Assembly: GCA_944390375.1 (NCBI GenBank)
Contig: CALXPZ010000049.1
Location: forward strand, 1-57,491
DNA from: an uncultured Alphaproteobacteria bacterium
GTDB taxonomy: Bacteria; Pseudomonadota; Alphaproteobacteria; RF32; CAG-239
DNA length: 57,491 nucleotides
Reading direction: 5' to 3'
Shown: in pieces, positions 1 through 12,741 of the stretch
Position numbering within the stretch: position 1 is the stretch's first letter
How the letters are laid out: the number at the start of each line of letters is the position of its first letter
Made by a program: the position numbers and the translations under genes
Notes under the pieces: model-generated
What the model was told of the DNA's origin: nothing
Database searches by the model: none
The model's input: the letters and a program-made list of their open reading frames with translations, nothing else

Positions 1-1266
1 CACCACCGCAACCGCGGCTTCTTCGACGGAATAAGGAATATAAGGCGGCGTTTTGGCATTGGACAACACCGCATCCGTCAGACCGCCACGGTAATGGGAG
101 CGGAACTCTCCTTTTGCCAGCAGCGCCAAATTTCTTTTTTGGTTATCCTGCACATAATCCAGAACAATCTGCGATTTCGGCGTATAGCGCACTTTTTCCA
201 CCGGAATATATCCGCCCTGCTCCGAGGTGGCGGTCAGCACCGTATATGTCAGATTGCTGTCGGCCGCGGCGTCCAGGCTGCCAGGCGAACGGAAATGCAG
301 ATTTTCACTCCCGTTGTCGGCGGTGTAAAACCACAGCGGATAAGACCGAAGACGTCCGTCCGCGGCCTCTGTTTTTTCGGCTCCGGCCGCGTCCCCTGCT
401 ATTTTGTCATGAGCATAAACAATTCCCCATTTCCGCAGGAAATTTTCCATAAAAGAAGTAACCCGGGGCGGATATCCCTGATCCGCGTGCTGAATTTCCG
501 AATAGGGATCTACCGCAAAAATAACTATGCCGCCACGCATAACATATTGATCCAGCGCATAGGCAAAAACATCGGAAAGATGGTCGGGGTTTAAGACCAG
601 AAGAACGTCCGTATCCCGGGGTATCCGTATCTGATCGGGCGATATTTCGTGCAAATCATAATATTCACCAAGCAGGGAGATCAACGCCGCAAGAGAAGGT
701 TTACCCGGCCGGGACAACAGGGGAAGCCGGTAAGAAACCAGCCCGACTTTGATTTTCTGTCTGTTTTCCGCATTCTGCAAGAGGCGGGTTATATCTCTTT
801 CCAATTCCCGGTGCCGGGCAGGTTCCAAAAAGGGAATTGTCCATTTGCCGCCATCACCGGCAAGGAATTTTATCCCCAGATAAACGGTGCCGCTCTCGTT
901 TTCGTTCGGGCGGATGCCGTCGTCAAGCGCCTGTTTTTCCGCCATCGAGCCGGGCGCGACACGCCTGATTTCCAAATTAAGTTTATCCGGAGCGGCCTGC
1001 CGGTAGCGGGACAAAACAACCGCCGTTTGCGCGGCATAGGCGGCAAGACTTCGGTCGGCAATGTCGTCTGACACATAAAGAATCATGGTCAGCGGCTGTG
1101 TGAGCCCGGCGGCAGCTTCTTCCGAAGAACGGGAAAGCGTATAACGCCGGTGAGAGGTGGCATCAAACATCACACCGCCGAACACCCAGGAAAACAGCAG
1201 ATTGGCCACGGCAAACAGCAGCACCAGCAGAACAGCGCCGGTTAAAATTTCCGAAAACTTTTTCAT
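1..1266 (-). CDS. GldG-like ABC transporter auxiliary component, runs off the left edge
   Basis: ATG at 1266 overlaps the permease stop. Hand translation MKKFSEILTGAVLLVLLFAVANLLFSW...DATSHRRYTLSRSS...LTQPLTMILYVS matches the GldG N-terminus. Absent from the ORF track, presumably because it has no stop in the window; only the first ~120 codons were read by hand. Confidence 0.75.
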   Translation of the reverse strand, partial: MKKFSEILTGAVLLVLLFAVANLLFSWVFGGVMFDATSHRRYTLSRSSEEAAAGLTQPLTMILYVSDDIADRSLAAYAAQTAVVLSRYRQAAPDKLNLEIRRVAPGSMAEKQALDDGIRPNENESGTVYLGIKFLAGDGGKWTIPFLEPARHRELERDITRLLQNAENRQKIKVGLVSYRLPLLSRPGKPSLAALISLLGEYYDLHEISPDQIRIPRDTDVLLVLNPDHLSDVFAYALDQYVMRGGIVIFAVDPYSEIQHADQGYPPRVTSFMENFLRKWGIVYAHDKIAGDAAGAEKTEAADGRLRSYPLWFYTADNGSENLHFRSPGSLDAAADSNLTYTVLTATSEQGGYIPVEKVRYTPKSQIVLDYVQDNQKRNLALLAKGEFRSHYRGGLTDAVLSNAKTPPYIPYSVEEAAVAVV

Positions 1267-1994
1267 ATTCCGCTCCTCTTGTTACCGACAACCATCCAAT
1301 TTAAAACCAGCAGCACACCGCCCAAAGACAGAAAATAGAAAATATCGGCGGGGCCGAAATGACCGTCCATAAAAGCCATATAGTGCGCCGGAAAATCAAG
1401 CGCGCCGGAAAGCCCGAAAGGCGCATCGGGCAGTTTTTCCGCCAGCGGCCGCAACAGCGGAGACAAATTGATATTCATCAAAAGCAGACTCAAAACCAGG
1501 CTGATCAGATAAGCCGCAAACGGCAGCGCCGTCAGGGCGGAAACAACCCCGCCCAACACCGTCAGCACCATAACGGTCAGCCACACTCCGCCGTAGGCCG
1601 AAGCTATATTCAACGGATCGGTTGCAACCAAGAGCATGGTCGATGCGGCAAGAGGAACCGACATCAGCAACATCAGAGTTCCGACCGTCCATCCGGCTGC
1701 GATCTTGGCGCTGACCAGAGCAAAATTTCCGATCGGCAATGTCAGCAGAATTTCCTCGGTGCCGGTTTTGGTTTCTTCCGCCCACAAGCGCATGGATATT
1801 ACCGGCATAACCATGGCCAGCACCGCCGGCTGGCAGGCAAAATACGACCGCATGGACGGATTGTCGGTTACAAAATACAAGCCGTCGAAACAGGCGCAAA
1901 CCATCGACAACAGCAAATACGCGACAAAAACAAAATAAGCCGTATAGCCGTAAAAGAAAGCCCCCAGTTCTTTTTTATAAAGCACCGTCCACAT
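1263..1994 (-). CDS. ABC-2 transporter permease, GldF-like
   Basis: KKELGAFF start, PVISMRLWAEETKTGTEEILLTLP motif, about 6 TM helices. Confidence 0.85.
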   Translation of the reverse strand: MWTVLYKKELGAFFYGYTAYFVFVAYLLLSMVCACFDGLYFVTDNPSMRSYFACQPAVLAMVMPVISMRLWAEETKTGTEEILLTLPIGNFALVSAKIAAGWTVGTLMLLMSVPLAASTMLLVATDPLNIASAYGGVWLTVMVLTVLGGVVSALTALPFAAYLISLVLSLLLMNINLSPLLRPLAEKLPDAPFGLSGALDFPAHYMAFMDGHFGPADIFYFLSLGGVLLVLNWMVVGNKRSGI

Positions 1995-2720
1995 TTACTC
2001 TTCTCCCGTTTCTCTGGTCAACCGGTAAAAAGCGTCCGCCAGCGTGCCGTCGGCGGAGTGTTTGCGCAGGTCGTCAACCGGCGCATCCAGTTTCAACCGG
2101 CCGCCGGACAACAGCAGTACCCGCGAAGAAAGCGCCTCCGCCTCTTCCAGCAAATGAGTGGAAATCAAAACCAGATTGTTTTCGGCATAGCGGCGCAAAA
2201 AGCGGCGGACCTCAATTTTCTGATTGGGGTCGAGCCCCTCGGTCGGTTCGTCCAAAACAGCCAGCCGGGGACGATGGATCAGAACCGACGCAATCCCCGC
2301 TCGGCGTTTGTACCCCTTGGACAAGGTTTGTATTTTCTGCCCGAGGACGTCTTTTATCCCCAGTTCCTCCGTTATCTGTCCGAGAGATTCCGCAAAATCA
2401 CCCGCCCGCATTTTAAAAACGCCGCCGATAAAACGCAGATATTCTCCGACCGTCATTTCCGGATAAAGCGGCGTGTTTTCCGGCATATATCCGATATGGC
2501 GTAAAATTTCCAACCGGTTTGAGCCGTATGCCCGTCCGTCGACGGTTACGCTCCCCGCGTCGGGCGCCATATACCCGCAAATAATTCTGAGCAGCGTCGT
2601 TTTGCCGGCGCCGTTCGGGCCGAGCAGCGTTATCAGTTCGCCGGAGCGGGCCGAAAAAGCAATATTTTTCAGCACCTGCCGGCGGCCGAAAGTTTTAACC
2701 AATCCGTTAACTTCTATCAT
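1995..2720 (-). CDS. ABC transporter ATP-binding protein, GldA-like
   Basis: Walker A GPNGAGKTT, signature LSKGYKRR, Walker B LDEPTEGLDP. Confidence 0.92.
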   Translation of the reverse strand: MIEVNGLVKTFGRRQVLKNIAFSARSGELITLLGPNGAGKTTLLRIICGYMAPDAGSVTVDGRAYGSNRLEILRHIGYMPENTPLYPEMTVGEYLRFIGGVFKMRAGDFAESLGQITEELGIKDVLGQKIQTLSKGYKRRAGIASVLIHRPRLAVLDEPTEGLDPNQKIEVRRFLRRYAENNLVLISTHLLEEAEALSSRVLLLSGGRLKLDAPVDDLRKHSADGTLADAFYRLTRETGEE

Positions 2721-2892
2721 CTTTTATCCGTTTTAACGATTATTTGTTTTTATTTTATCCTGCTTTCTTTTAAATTTCACTTTATTTAATTCTTATTTCC
2801 ACAAAGCGGCTTTTTTTTGTAAAATCTTTGATGACAAACCGCCAAAATTAGGATAGTTTAATTTTCATCAGAGAAATAACGGAGCAGAAAAA

Positions 2893-3396
2893 GTGAGCAA
2901 CGAATATTCGCGCGAAGAACAAAACGCCCTCAAAACCGGACTGTACGTTACCCTGCTGCTGGTTGTTCTGGCCCTGTTTTACGTTTCGGGGCGGAAAACC
3001 GTCGAACATCAGGAAAGCGGCAGCTATTATCCGGTATATGCCCGTTTCGGGCGGACGGACGGGCTGCAGGTCGGCGACAACGTGCAGCTGGCGGGAATTT
3101 CGGTCGGAAAAGTCGTCAACGCCAGGCTGGACGAGCATTTTAACGCCATTTTGACACTTGAAATCAAAGACGGGCTCAAAATTCCGGACGACAGCAGCGC
3201 CGCCATCGTCAGCGACGGCATCCTTGGTTCAAAATATATCGAAATTTCACCCGGCGGATCGGAAGACTATATCCCGGAAGGCGGAGAATTCGGCTATACG
3301 CAGGACGCCATGGTGATAGAAGAGCTGGTACAAAGAATTATTGATATGGGAAAAGCACAAAAAAAGGCCGATAAAGAAAAAGGAGAAAATGAATGA
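2893..3396 (+). CDS. mlaD: MlaD/MCE family protein
   Basis: N-terminal TM, DGLQVGDNVQLAGISVGKV, SDGILGSKYIEISPGG. Confidence 0.88.
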   Translation: MSNEYSREEQNALKTGLYVTLLLVVLALFYVSGRKTVEHQESGSYYPVYARFGRTDGLQVGDNVQLAGISVGKVVNARLDEHFNAILTLEIKDGLKIPDDSSAAIVSDGILGSKYIEISPGGSEDYIPEGGEFGYTQDAMVIEELVQRIIDMGKAQKKADKEKGENE

Positions 3397-3842
3397 AAAA
3401 ACGTCCGGTTGAAACAATTATGGGAATAGTCGTCCTGCTGGTCGCGGCTTTTTTCCTGTTCTTTGCATACAGGGTTTCCGATCTGCAGGTAGTCAAAGGT
3501 TACGAACTGAGCGCAAAATTCCTTAAGGTCGGCGGGCTGACGACCGGCTCCGACGTTATGATCAACGGCATTAAGGTAGGTACGGTTATCGATCAGAAAC
3601 TGGACAATGAAAATTATGACGCCGAGGTCAGGCTCAGCATTGCTCCCGACGTCAAACTGCCTAAGGACAGTTCCGCCGTTATCGCCAGCAACGGACTGAT
3701 GGGCAACAAGTTTGTCAAAATTGAGCCGGGCAAATCCAAAGAAATGCTCAAAGACGGCGACGAAATCAGCAACACAAAAGACTTCAAAACGCTGGAAGAC
3801 CTGGTCGGAGAAGTCATTTTTATGGTGACCGGAAATGAATAG
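3393..3842 (+). CDS. mlaD: MlaD/MCE family protein, second copy
   Basis: VETIMGIVVL, GGLTTGSDVMINGIKVGTV, GLMGNKFVKIEPG. Confidence 0.9.
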   Translation: MKKRPVETIMGIVVLLVAAFFLFFAYRVSDLQVVKGYELSAKFLKVGGLTTGSDVMINGIKVGTVIDQKLDNENYDAEVRLSIAPDVKLPKDSSAVIASNGLMGNKFVKIEPGKSKEMLKDGDEISNTKDFKTLEDLVGEVIFMVTGNE

Positions 3843-4881
3843 AAAAAATGCTCTTTTGCTGTCGGCGCTTATGGCTGCCGGCATCGGCTCCGGCGCACAG
3901 GCTGCCGAGATACAAACAAATACGGCGCAGATGCAGGCCATGGATAAAATCACCGGACGGGTCAGCGTAATCAACGTGCCGGTCAATACGGAAACGCAGT
4001 TCGGCAGTTTTTCGATCGTGGTTCGCGACTGCCGCACGCGGTCGCCGGAAGAAACACCGGAAAATTTTGCCTTCGTCGATGTCGCCGATACCACGAACAA
4101 CGGAGAAAAGTTTAATATTTTCAAAGGTTGGATGTTGTCGTCAACCCCGGCGTTAAACGCCATTGAACATCCGGTATATGACGTCTGGCTGCTGAAATGT
4201 ATCGATACCGATCTGACCGGAGTACAAACGCTTTCCCCCGAAGAACTGTCCGCCCGTGATGCTTTGCCGATGAAAAGAGCGGAAAATAAAGCAGCCGGCA
4301 ATGATAACGGCAGTGATTTTACCGAAAGCAATTTGAGCGGTGAACCTATCGACCTGCTGCCGGCGGCAATCCGTGAGGCCGGAGAAGAAAGCGCCGCCCA
4401 GGAAGAAATTATCCCGTTTAAGGAAGCAGAAAACAAAGAAAAAGAACCGGCCGGAGATGTTTCCCTGCCGCCGGCAGAGGAAAATATGCCTCATTCCCTG
4501 CTTAATATACCGGAAGAAACGGAAGAAAATGCACCGCAAGAAATCAGAAACAACATTGTCATAAAAGAAAATACCGATGAAACGGAAATCAGCTCCGACG
4601 CCAGGGTTCTCAATGAAAACGGTGAAGTTACCGAAAGTGCGGCCGGTATTATCCCCGGCATGAGCGAAGAAGGAGCCGTCAGCATTGAAGAACTGCCGAC
4701 CATAGCTCCCGGACAGCAGGAAACCGACACAATTTCCGGCTCAAATTTTGCCCCGGCAGCCGGCAGCGGCGAAACCGTTTTAATCACCGGCAGTAAAGAA
4801 ACACCGGCAGAAACAGCGCCCCGTCTCAGCGAAGAAACGCTTAAAGAGCTGGAGCAGGAACTTAACCGGGAACTGAACTGA
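3835..4881 (+). CDS. DUF2155 domain protein with a long acidic C-terminal tail
   Basis: Signal peptide, MDKITGR...IFKGWMLSSTPALNAIEHPVYDVWLLKC; usual position after mlaD in alphaproteobacteria. Confidence 0.85.
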   Translation: MNRKNALLLSALMAAGIGSGAQAAEIQTNTAQMQAMDKITGRVSVINVPVNTETQFGSFSIVVRDCRTRSPEETPENFAFVDVADTTNNGEKFNIFKGWMLSSTPALNAIEHPVYDVWLLKCIDTDLTGVQTLSPEELSARDALPMKRAENKAAGNDNGSDFTESNLSGEPIDLLPAAIREAGEESAAQEEIIPFKEAENKEKEPAGDVSLPPAEENMPHSLLNIPEETEENAPQEIRNNIVIKENTDETEISSDARVLNENGEVTESAAGIIPGMSEEGAVSIEELPTIAPGQQETDTISGSNFAPAAGSGETVLITGSKETPAETAPRLSEETLKELEQELNRELN

Positions 4882-4954
4882 TTTCATTTTTTATGAAAAA
4901 CACTTTTAAACGGTTTTAAAGAAGCAAAATACGACTATATACGCGGAGAAAAAT

Positions 4955-5884
4955 ATGTCAGAAAGACCAGACGTCAGTTTTGTCATGACGGTTTATAACA
5001 AAGAATATTATCTGCCGTCAGTTTTGAAAGCCCTGCTCGGGCAGACCGGGCTGAAAAATCCGGAGTATATATTTGTCGATGATGTTTCAAGCGACAAATC
5101 GGTGGACATTATACGCCGGATGACGGCGGGCGTCAAAAACGTAACCATCGTTACCAACCCGTACAATCGCGGTATCAGCGCCCGCATCAATCAGGGAATT
5201 GCTCTGGCCAAAGGCGAATGGATCAGGATGCTTGATTCCGACGATATTTTCCCGCTTGATTCAACCGAAAAAATGCTAAAAACGGCACAAGAAACCGGTG
5301 CTGAAATGATCTACGGCTGCTTTACCAAAACCGGCAAAGAACCGCAGGAACTGGAAAGCTGCAAGCTGGAAAATTTTACTTATACTTATAATCCGGATGC
5401 GCTTTCCGGCGTGCTCAACGGAAAATTTACCCGGATGGGACAGTTGATCAAAAACGAGGTTTTGCAAAAGGCAGAGGGCGCCGACGAGAGAGCATTCATC
5501 CAGGACGAATCGATCCCCTTAAGGGCGGCTTTATTTGCCAAAGGGGTGGTTAAAATGACAGCCAACGTCGTTTTGGTGCCGAAGGAAATAGGCAATTTTT
5601 CCGGCGATAAAATCCAACTCGATCACGACCGTTTCATGGCTTATTACTGGACATTGAAAGATCATCCGGAACTGCCTGAAAATATCCGTAAAAAGATGTA
5701 TGAACGGATTGTTTCCGCCTATTGGAAATTTATCCGCAAAACGAGCAAAGCCCCCTGGCTGAGCACAGCTTTTGTCCGTTATATCGACAGTAAGCTGCGC
5801 CACCCGCTGCCGGATGAAAAGTTTTTGGATAAAATGTACAAGCATTTTTCATCGCTGACGACAGTCCGGCGGATCAAGCCTTAA
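4955..5884 (+). CDS. Glycosyltransferase family 2
   Basis: VSFVMTVYNKE, FVDDVSSDKS, LDSDD (DxD motif). Confidence 0.9.
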   Translation: MSERPDVSFVMTVYNKEYYLPSVLKALLGQTGLKNPEYIFVDDVSSDKSVDIIRRMTAGVKNVTIVTNPYNRGISARINQGIALAKGEWIRMLDSDDIFPLDSTEKMLKTAQETGAEMIYGCFTKTGKEPQELESCKLENFTYTYNPDALSGVLNGKFTRMGQLIKNEVLQKAEGADERAFIQDESIPLRAALFAKGVVKMTANVVLVPKEIGNFSGDKIQLDHDRFMAYYWTLKDHPELPENIRKKMYERIVSAYWKFIRKTSKAPWLSTAFVRYIDSKLRHPLPDEKFLDKMYKHFSSLTTVRRIKP

Positions 5885-5922
5885 TGTGGCTGATTTTTCC
5901 GGTTTTGTTCCGGCCTTCCGGG

Positions 5923-6204
5923 TTATCTTTTTTCCTTAAACTTAAACTTTATCCCCAATATGGTGATAATGGAGGAGAAGTTTTTGTACTGCACGGAACA
6001 GATAAAATTTTTCACAATCTTCATCTTGTGCCTTATCCGGCTGCTCAAAGATTTTGTATCAGGCAGATAATCGCTCCGCTTAAAGTTTTTATTCAGCAAG
6101 CTGCTGTTTAATTTTTTTAAAAAATCAAAAGCCGTTTTGTTTTTTATCATCGGGAAATATTTGTCGGCATAAAACTCCGCCCAAGCGCACAAATAATCGT
6201 ACAC
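5923..6204 (-). pseudogene. AT-rich 3' fragment of a probable surface-glycan gene
   Basis: Low GC, GTG start only, begins just after the malQ terminator; basic tail ITILGIKFKFK resembles tails seen on glycosyltransferases. Confidence 0.35.
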
Positions 6205-6240
6205 AAAAGGAGATATGTCAAAATGACGATCACTTTCTTA

Positions 6241-6270
6241 AAAAAACTCCCTGTCTGAGGGAGTTTTTTT
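6241..6270. terminator. Intrinsic terminator after malQ
   Basis: aaaaaactccct-gtctg-agggagttttttt hairpin with A/T tracts on both sides. Confidence 0.8.
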
Positions 6271-6276
6271 GTTCTT

Positions 6277-8424
6277 TCAGCGTTCTCTTTTGACGGCCGA
6301 AACATTGCGGTAGTAGGCCAGAGAGTTTTCAAAATCTTCCAGATTAACCGGCAGTTTGCGCCGCCAGTTCGGATATTTGTCGCGGTCGGTGCCAGGCAGA
6401 TTTTGCTGCTTGTCCACCTGGAAAATATCTTCCGGCTGGAGCAGAAAGATTTTGGCGTTGCTCTTGGCCATAAAACGATGGACGGCCTCTTCCAGCCCTT
6501 CGGGATAGCCCTCGCCGAACAGATAATCACCATGGCGGCGGTTGTCCTCCGGCCAGACCTGATTTTCATCCATCGCTTTTAACAATTTCCAGCGGTCGGC
6601 CTCGCGCTTGTGGTAGTTGTTTCGCATTTCTTCATCGCTTGCGGTTATACCCAATTGGCGCGACAGGGCAATATCATAACCGAACCACCACATTTTAAGC
6701 GGCGCCATATCGTGTGTGCCGACAGATGCCACCACATTTTCCGGGTATTGATAGGGCGCTTTGAAGTCGCCCCAGCCGGCATCCCAGCGCTCGCTCCAGA
6801 GCACACTCATCGACATAATGTTTTTGGCGGCGATTTTATCAAGAAAACCATCCGGTACGTTACCGATACTTTCGCCGACGATCAGGCAGCGGTTCAGGTG
6901 GCTTTCGATAGCCACGATATTCAGCATATCCTCAAAGTTATACATCAGATAGGTGCCTGGTTTGCCGGCAGCCTCAGGGATAACAAAGAGGCGCATCAGG
7001 CTCATGACGTGATCAAGCCGCAAAGCCCCCGCTCCTTGCGCCGCGGCCCGGATAATCCGGATAAACGGCCGGTAGGCCTGTGCCTTGAGTTCAAACGGAT
7101 TAAAAGCGCCCAAATTCCATTTCTGCCCGGTCGGGAAGAAAGCATCCGGCGGCGCACCGGCACCGCTGTCGCGCAGGAACAGACCTTCATCGCTCCACAC
7201 TTCCGCACTGTCGCGACCGACACCCACCGGCAAGTCGCGGTAGATGCCGATTTGCAGGCCGCATTCGCGGACGTGTTCGGACACTCGTTTCAACTGGCGG
7301 TCGGCTTCAAATTGCAAAAATTTGAAAAAGCCCAGACGGTCAGCCTGCTCACGGCAATATTTTTTGACCGCGGCCGTTCCCGGTTTGCGATATTCTTTTT
7401 CCCAGGCACGCCAGCCGCCCCAGTGATCTTTCCACTTATCTTCGTAAAGCGCCTGAAAAGCAGCCAGTCTTTCCAGATCCTCGCCCTTTTCGCGGCAAAA
7501 AGCTTCAAACTCTTCCATCCGGTCGGGGTCTTCTTTCATCCGCTGATAAAGCGTTTTCAAAACTTTGATTTTCAGCGGATAGACGCGCCCGTAATCTATC
7601 ATCTCTGCCGCGTTCAGATCGGCAATGTCGGCTCCGATCTGGTAACGGTCTTCAGGCATAAATTCCGGCACCGCTTCCACGTCGATATAAATCGGGTTGA
7701 GGAAAAGCCGGCTGATTGACATATAAGGGCTTGCTTCCTCGGGAAAACAATGCCCCAGCACATTGACCGGGTTCAGCCCGATAACGTCCGCTCCGGCGTG
7801 GCGGCAAACATCCACAAAATTATAGAGATCCGTAAAGTCGCCTATTCCCCAGTTGCGGCGGCTGCGCAACGAATACAGCTGTATGCAGTAGCCCCACAGT
7901 TTTTTTCTTTCCCAACCTTTGGGCAGATAGCATTTTTCCGGCGCAATCGCCAACAGAGTTTTGTATGTTCCGCTCGAAGTTTTCAGCTCGGCCTCGTAAT
8001 AACCGATCGCAAGAGCAGAGGTAATTTCAATTTCCGCTTTCCGATATTCTTTTTTGGCGATTGTCCTGCTTTCCGCCGTGACGGTAACGACAAAAGAAAC
8101 ATCTTCCGTGCTCCCCGTCTGCCGGCTGACAAGTTTCAGCCCGAAATCGCCTTCAAAATCATCGACGGGAAGAACGGCATCAAAAACTTTCTTTTTTTCT
8201 TCCACCACGTAAACCGGCTCCAAAACCGATTGCCAACGGCGGTTGTCCAAAGCACGCAGAGAACGCTCCGTTTCTTCGTTGTTGCCGGCCTTATATCCCA
8301 GCACACCGGCAAAGAAACGTATGGTTTCGTCGTCGACCAGATGGTTGCCCGCCTTCAGTCCGGAATCGGTGTATTCGGTGGCTATCCCCAGGCGGCCGGC
8401 TAATTCCCGTAACTTTTCATCCAT
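6277..8424 (-). CDS. malQ: 4-alpha-glucanotransferase (amylomaltase, GH77)
   Basis: QLYSLRSRRNWGIGDFTDL, GAPPDAFFPTGQKW, ALRLDHVMSL, QQNLPGT; start taken at MDEKLREL. Confidence 0.95.
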   Translation of the reverse strand: MDEKLRELAGRLGIATEYTDSGLKAGNHLVDDETIRFFAGVLGYKAGNNEETERSLRALDNRRWQSVLEPVYVVEEKKKVFDAVLPVDDFEGDFGLKLVSRQTGSTEDVSFVVTVTAESRTIAKKEYRKAEIEITSALAIGYYEAELKTSSGTYKTLLAIAPEKCYLPKGWERKKLWGYCIQLYSLRSRRNWGIGDFTDLYNFVDVCRHAGADVIGLNPVNVLGHCFPEEASPYMSISRLFLNPIYIDVEAVPEFMPEDRYQIGADIADLNAAEMIDYGRVYPLKIKVLKTLYQRMKEDPDRMEEFEAFCREKGEDLERLAAFQALYEDKWKDHWGGWRAWEKEYRKPGTAAVKKYCREQADRLGFFKFLQFEADRQLKRVSEHVRECGLQIGIYRDLPVGVGRDSAEVWSDEGLFLRDSGAGAPPDAFFPTGQKWNLGAFNPFELKAQAYRPFIRIIRAAAQGAGALRLDHVMSLMRLFVIPEAAGKPGTYLMYNFEDMLNIVAIESHLNRCLIVGESIGNVPDGFLDKIAAKNIMSMSVLWSERWDAGWGDFKAPYQYPENVVASVGTHDMAPLKMWWFGYDIALSRQLGITASDEEMRNNYHKREADRWKLLKAMDENQVWPEDNRRHGDYLFGEGYPEGLEEAVHRFMAKSNAKIFLLQPEDIFQVDKQQNLPGTDRDKYPNWRRKLPVNLEDFENSLAYYRNVSAVKRER

Positions 8425-8434
8425 GACTTTTCCC

Positions 8435-10510
<2,076 letters not shown>

Positions 10511-10542
10511 TCGTATCTCCCGGTTGTTTTATATCACCTATA

Positions 10543-12741
10543 TCACCGCACCGGCTTGATAACAATGGTTGACAACGCCGGCAAAGTCAGCTTGATCGAA
10601 TAGGGCTTGCCGTTCCATTCCTGCCGTTCGGCCTCGCGGGGACCGTCATTTTTGACGCCGCTGCCCCAGTAGTTTTTGTCATCGCTGTTAAAAATTTCCT
10701 GATAGCTGCAGTTTTCGGGAACGCCGACCCGGTAATCGTTGCGGACAACCGGCGTGAAGTTGCAGACAACAATCAGATAGTCGCCGGGATTTTTGCCTTT
10801 GCGGATATACGAAATGACGCTGTCGGCCGCGTTGGCATGATCCAGCCATTCAAAACCGTGATAGTCAAAATCTATTTCATAAAGCGGAGCGTTTCCCTTA
10901 TACATCAGATTGAGGTCGCGCACGCAGTTTTGCATTCCCTTATACATCGGATACTGCAACAGGTGCCAGCGCAGGCTTTCGTCGCAGTTCCACTCCCAGT
11001 CCTGACCGAACTCGCAGCCCATAAACAACAGTTTTTTGCCCGGGTGGGTGTACATAAAGCCGTAATAGGCGCGAAGGTTGGCAAACTTCTGCCATTCGTC
11101 GCCGGGCATTTTATAAAGCATCGAGCCCTTGCCGTGAACAACTTCGTCGTGGGAAATCGGCAAAATAAAGTTTTCGTTAAAAGCATAAAGCAGACCAAAG
11201 GTCAGCAGACCATGGTGATACTGGCGGTAGATCGGATCTTTGCTGATATAGCGCAGGGTATCGTTCATCCAGCCCATATTCCATTTGTAGCCGAATCCGA
11301 GGCCGCCCATCGAGGTCGGACGGGAAACCATCGGCCAGGCCGTCGACTCTTCCGCACAGGTGCAGGCGCCCTGATTGAGGCCGTAAACAAGTTCGTTCAT
11401 CCGGCGCAAAAACGCTATGGCTTCCAGATTTTCGTTGCCGCCATAGATGTTGGGAATCCACTCGCCGGGATTGCGCGAATAGTCAAGATAGAGCATGGAG
11501 GCCACCGCGTCGACGCGCAGCCCGTCAATATGAAATTCCTTCAGCCAGTAGAGAGCGTTTGAGCAAAGATAGTTGAAGACTTCGGTACGCCCGTAGTTAT
11601 AAATTTTGGTTCCCCAGTCCTTGTGTTCGCCTTTGCGCGGATCGGCGTGCTCGTACAAATGAGTACCGTCAAATTCGCAAAGGCCGTGTCCGTCTTTCGG
11701 GAAGTGCGCGGGCACCCAGTCCATAATCACGCCGATGCCGGCCTGGTGAAATTTGTCAATCAGATAACGGAGGTCGTCCGGCGTGCCGAAACGGCTGGTG
11801 GGAGCAAACATGCCGACTACCTGATAGCCCCAGGACTCATCTAAAGGATGCTCGGCCAAGGGCAGAAACTCGACATGGGTAAAGCCCATGTTCATCACGT
11901 AAGGGACCAGGGTGTCCGCCAGTTCGCGATAGGTCAGATATTCGCTGCCGTTTTCACCCTTGCGGCGCCATGATCCGGCATGGACTTCATAAATCGACAT
12001 CGGACCATCCAACGGGCTGTGGCGATCGGGACGACTCATCCATTCGCCGTCGTCCCAATGATAATGATTAAGGTCATAAACAACAGAGGCATTATGCGGG
12101 CGCTTTTCGGCATAAAAACCGACCGGGTCGGATTTGGTCAGAATGTAATCCTGCTGGGTTTTGATTTCGTATTTATAAATCTCCCCTTCGCCCAGACCGG
12201 GAATAAAAATATCCCATACGCCGCAGGTCGGATATTTGCGCATAACATAAGTGCGGCCGTCCCAGTTGTTGAAATTGCCGACCACGGAAACTCGTTTGGC
12301 GTTCGGCGCCCAGACGGCAAAACTGACGCCTTTGACGCCGTCCTGCTCGCAAATGTGCGCCCCAAGTTTTTTATACATTTCCAGGTGGTTGCCCTCGCCC
12401 AAAAGATAAACATCGATATCGCCCAAAGTGGGATGAAAACGATAGATATCTTCCGCTTCGTAAAACTCGCCGCGGTCATTTTCGATTTTGAATTTATAGG
12501 AAAAATTTTCTCCGGCTCCGAGATTGATCTGATAAAAACCGCGCTTATCAAGGCAAGTCATCATCCCGCAGGAATTCCCTCCGCGGTCGAGCACTTCTAT
12601 TGATTTTGCGTGCGGCTGAAACGTGCGGATAAATATGTTCTTGCTTCCTTTGTCCCGGTGTATGCCGAGCACTGCAAAAACGTTGCCGTGATCGCCGTTG
12701 ATAACGGCTTCCATCTCTTTATCAGATAACAAATTTTCCAT
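10543..12741 (-). CDS. glgB: 1,4-alpha-glucan branching enzyme
   Basis: FAVWAPNA, DWVPAHFP, DGLRVDAVASMLY, SHDEVVHGKGS. Confidence 0.97.
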   Translation of the reverse strand: MENLLSDKEMEAVINGDHGNVFAVLGIHRDKGSKNIFIRTFQPHAKSIEVLDRGGNSCGMMTCLDKRGFYQINLGAGENFSYKFKIENDRGEFYEAEDIYRFHPTLGDIDVYLLGEGNHLEMYKKLGAHICEQDGVKGVSFAVWAPNAKRVSVVGNFNNWDGRTYVMRKYPTCGVWDIFIPGLGEGEIYKYEIKTQQDYILTKSDPVGFYAEKRPHNASVVYDLNHYHWDDGEWMSRPDRHSPLDGPMSIYEVHAGSWRRKGENGSEYLTYRELADTLVPYVMNMGFTHVEFLPLAEHPLDESWGYQVVGMFAPTSRFGTPDDLRYLIDKFHQAGIGVIMDWVPAHFPKDGHGLCEFDGTHLYEHADPRKGEHKDWGTKIYNYGRTEVFNYLCSNALYWLKEFHIDGLRVDAVASMLYLDYSRNPGEWIPNIYGGNENLEAIAFLRRMNELVYGLNQGACTCAEESTAWPMVSRPTSMGGLGFGYKWNMGWMNDTLRYISKDPIYRQYHHGLLTFGLLYAFNENFILPISHDEVVHGKGSMLYKMPGDEWQKFANLRAYYGFMYTHPGKKLLFMGCEFGQDWEWNCDESLRWHLLQYPMYKGMQNCVRDLNLMYKGNAPLYEIDFDYHGFEWLDHANAADSVISYIRKGKNPGDYLIVVCNFTPVVRNDYRVGVPENCSYQEIFNSDDKNYWGSGVKNDGPREAERQEWNGKPYSIKLTLPALSTIVIKPVR

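Noticed and set aside
1-2720. Gliding motility system
   Set aside because: GldA/F/G-like ABC sets are widespread outside Bacteroidota, and no other gld or spr genes are present
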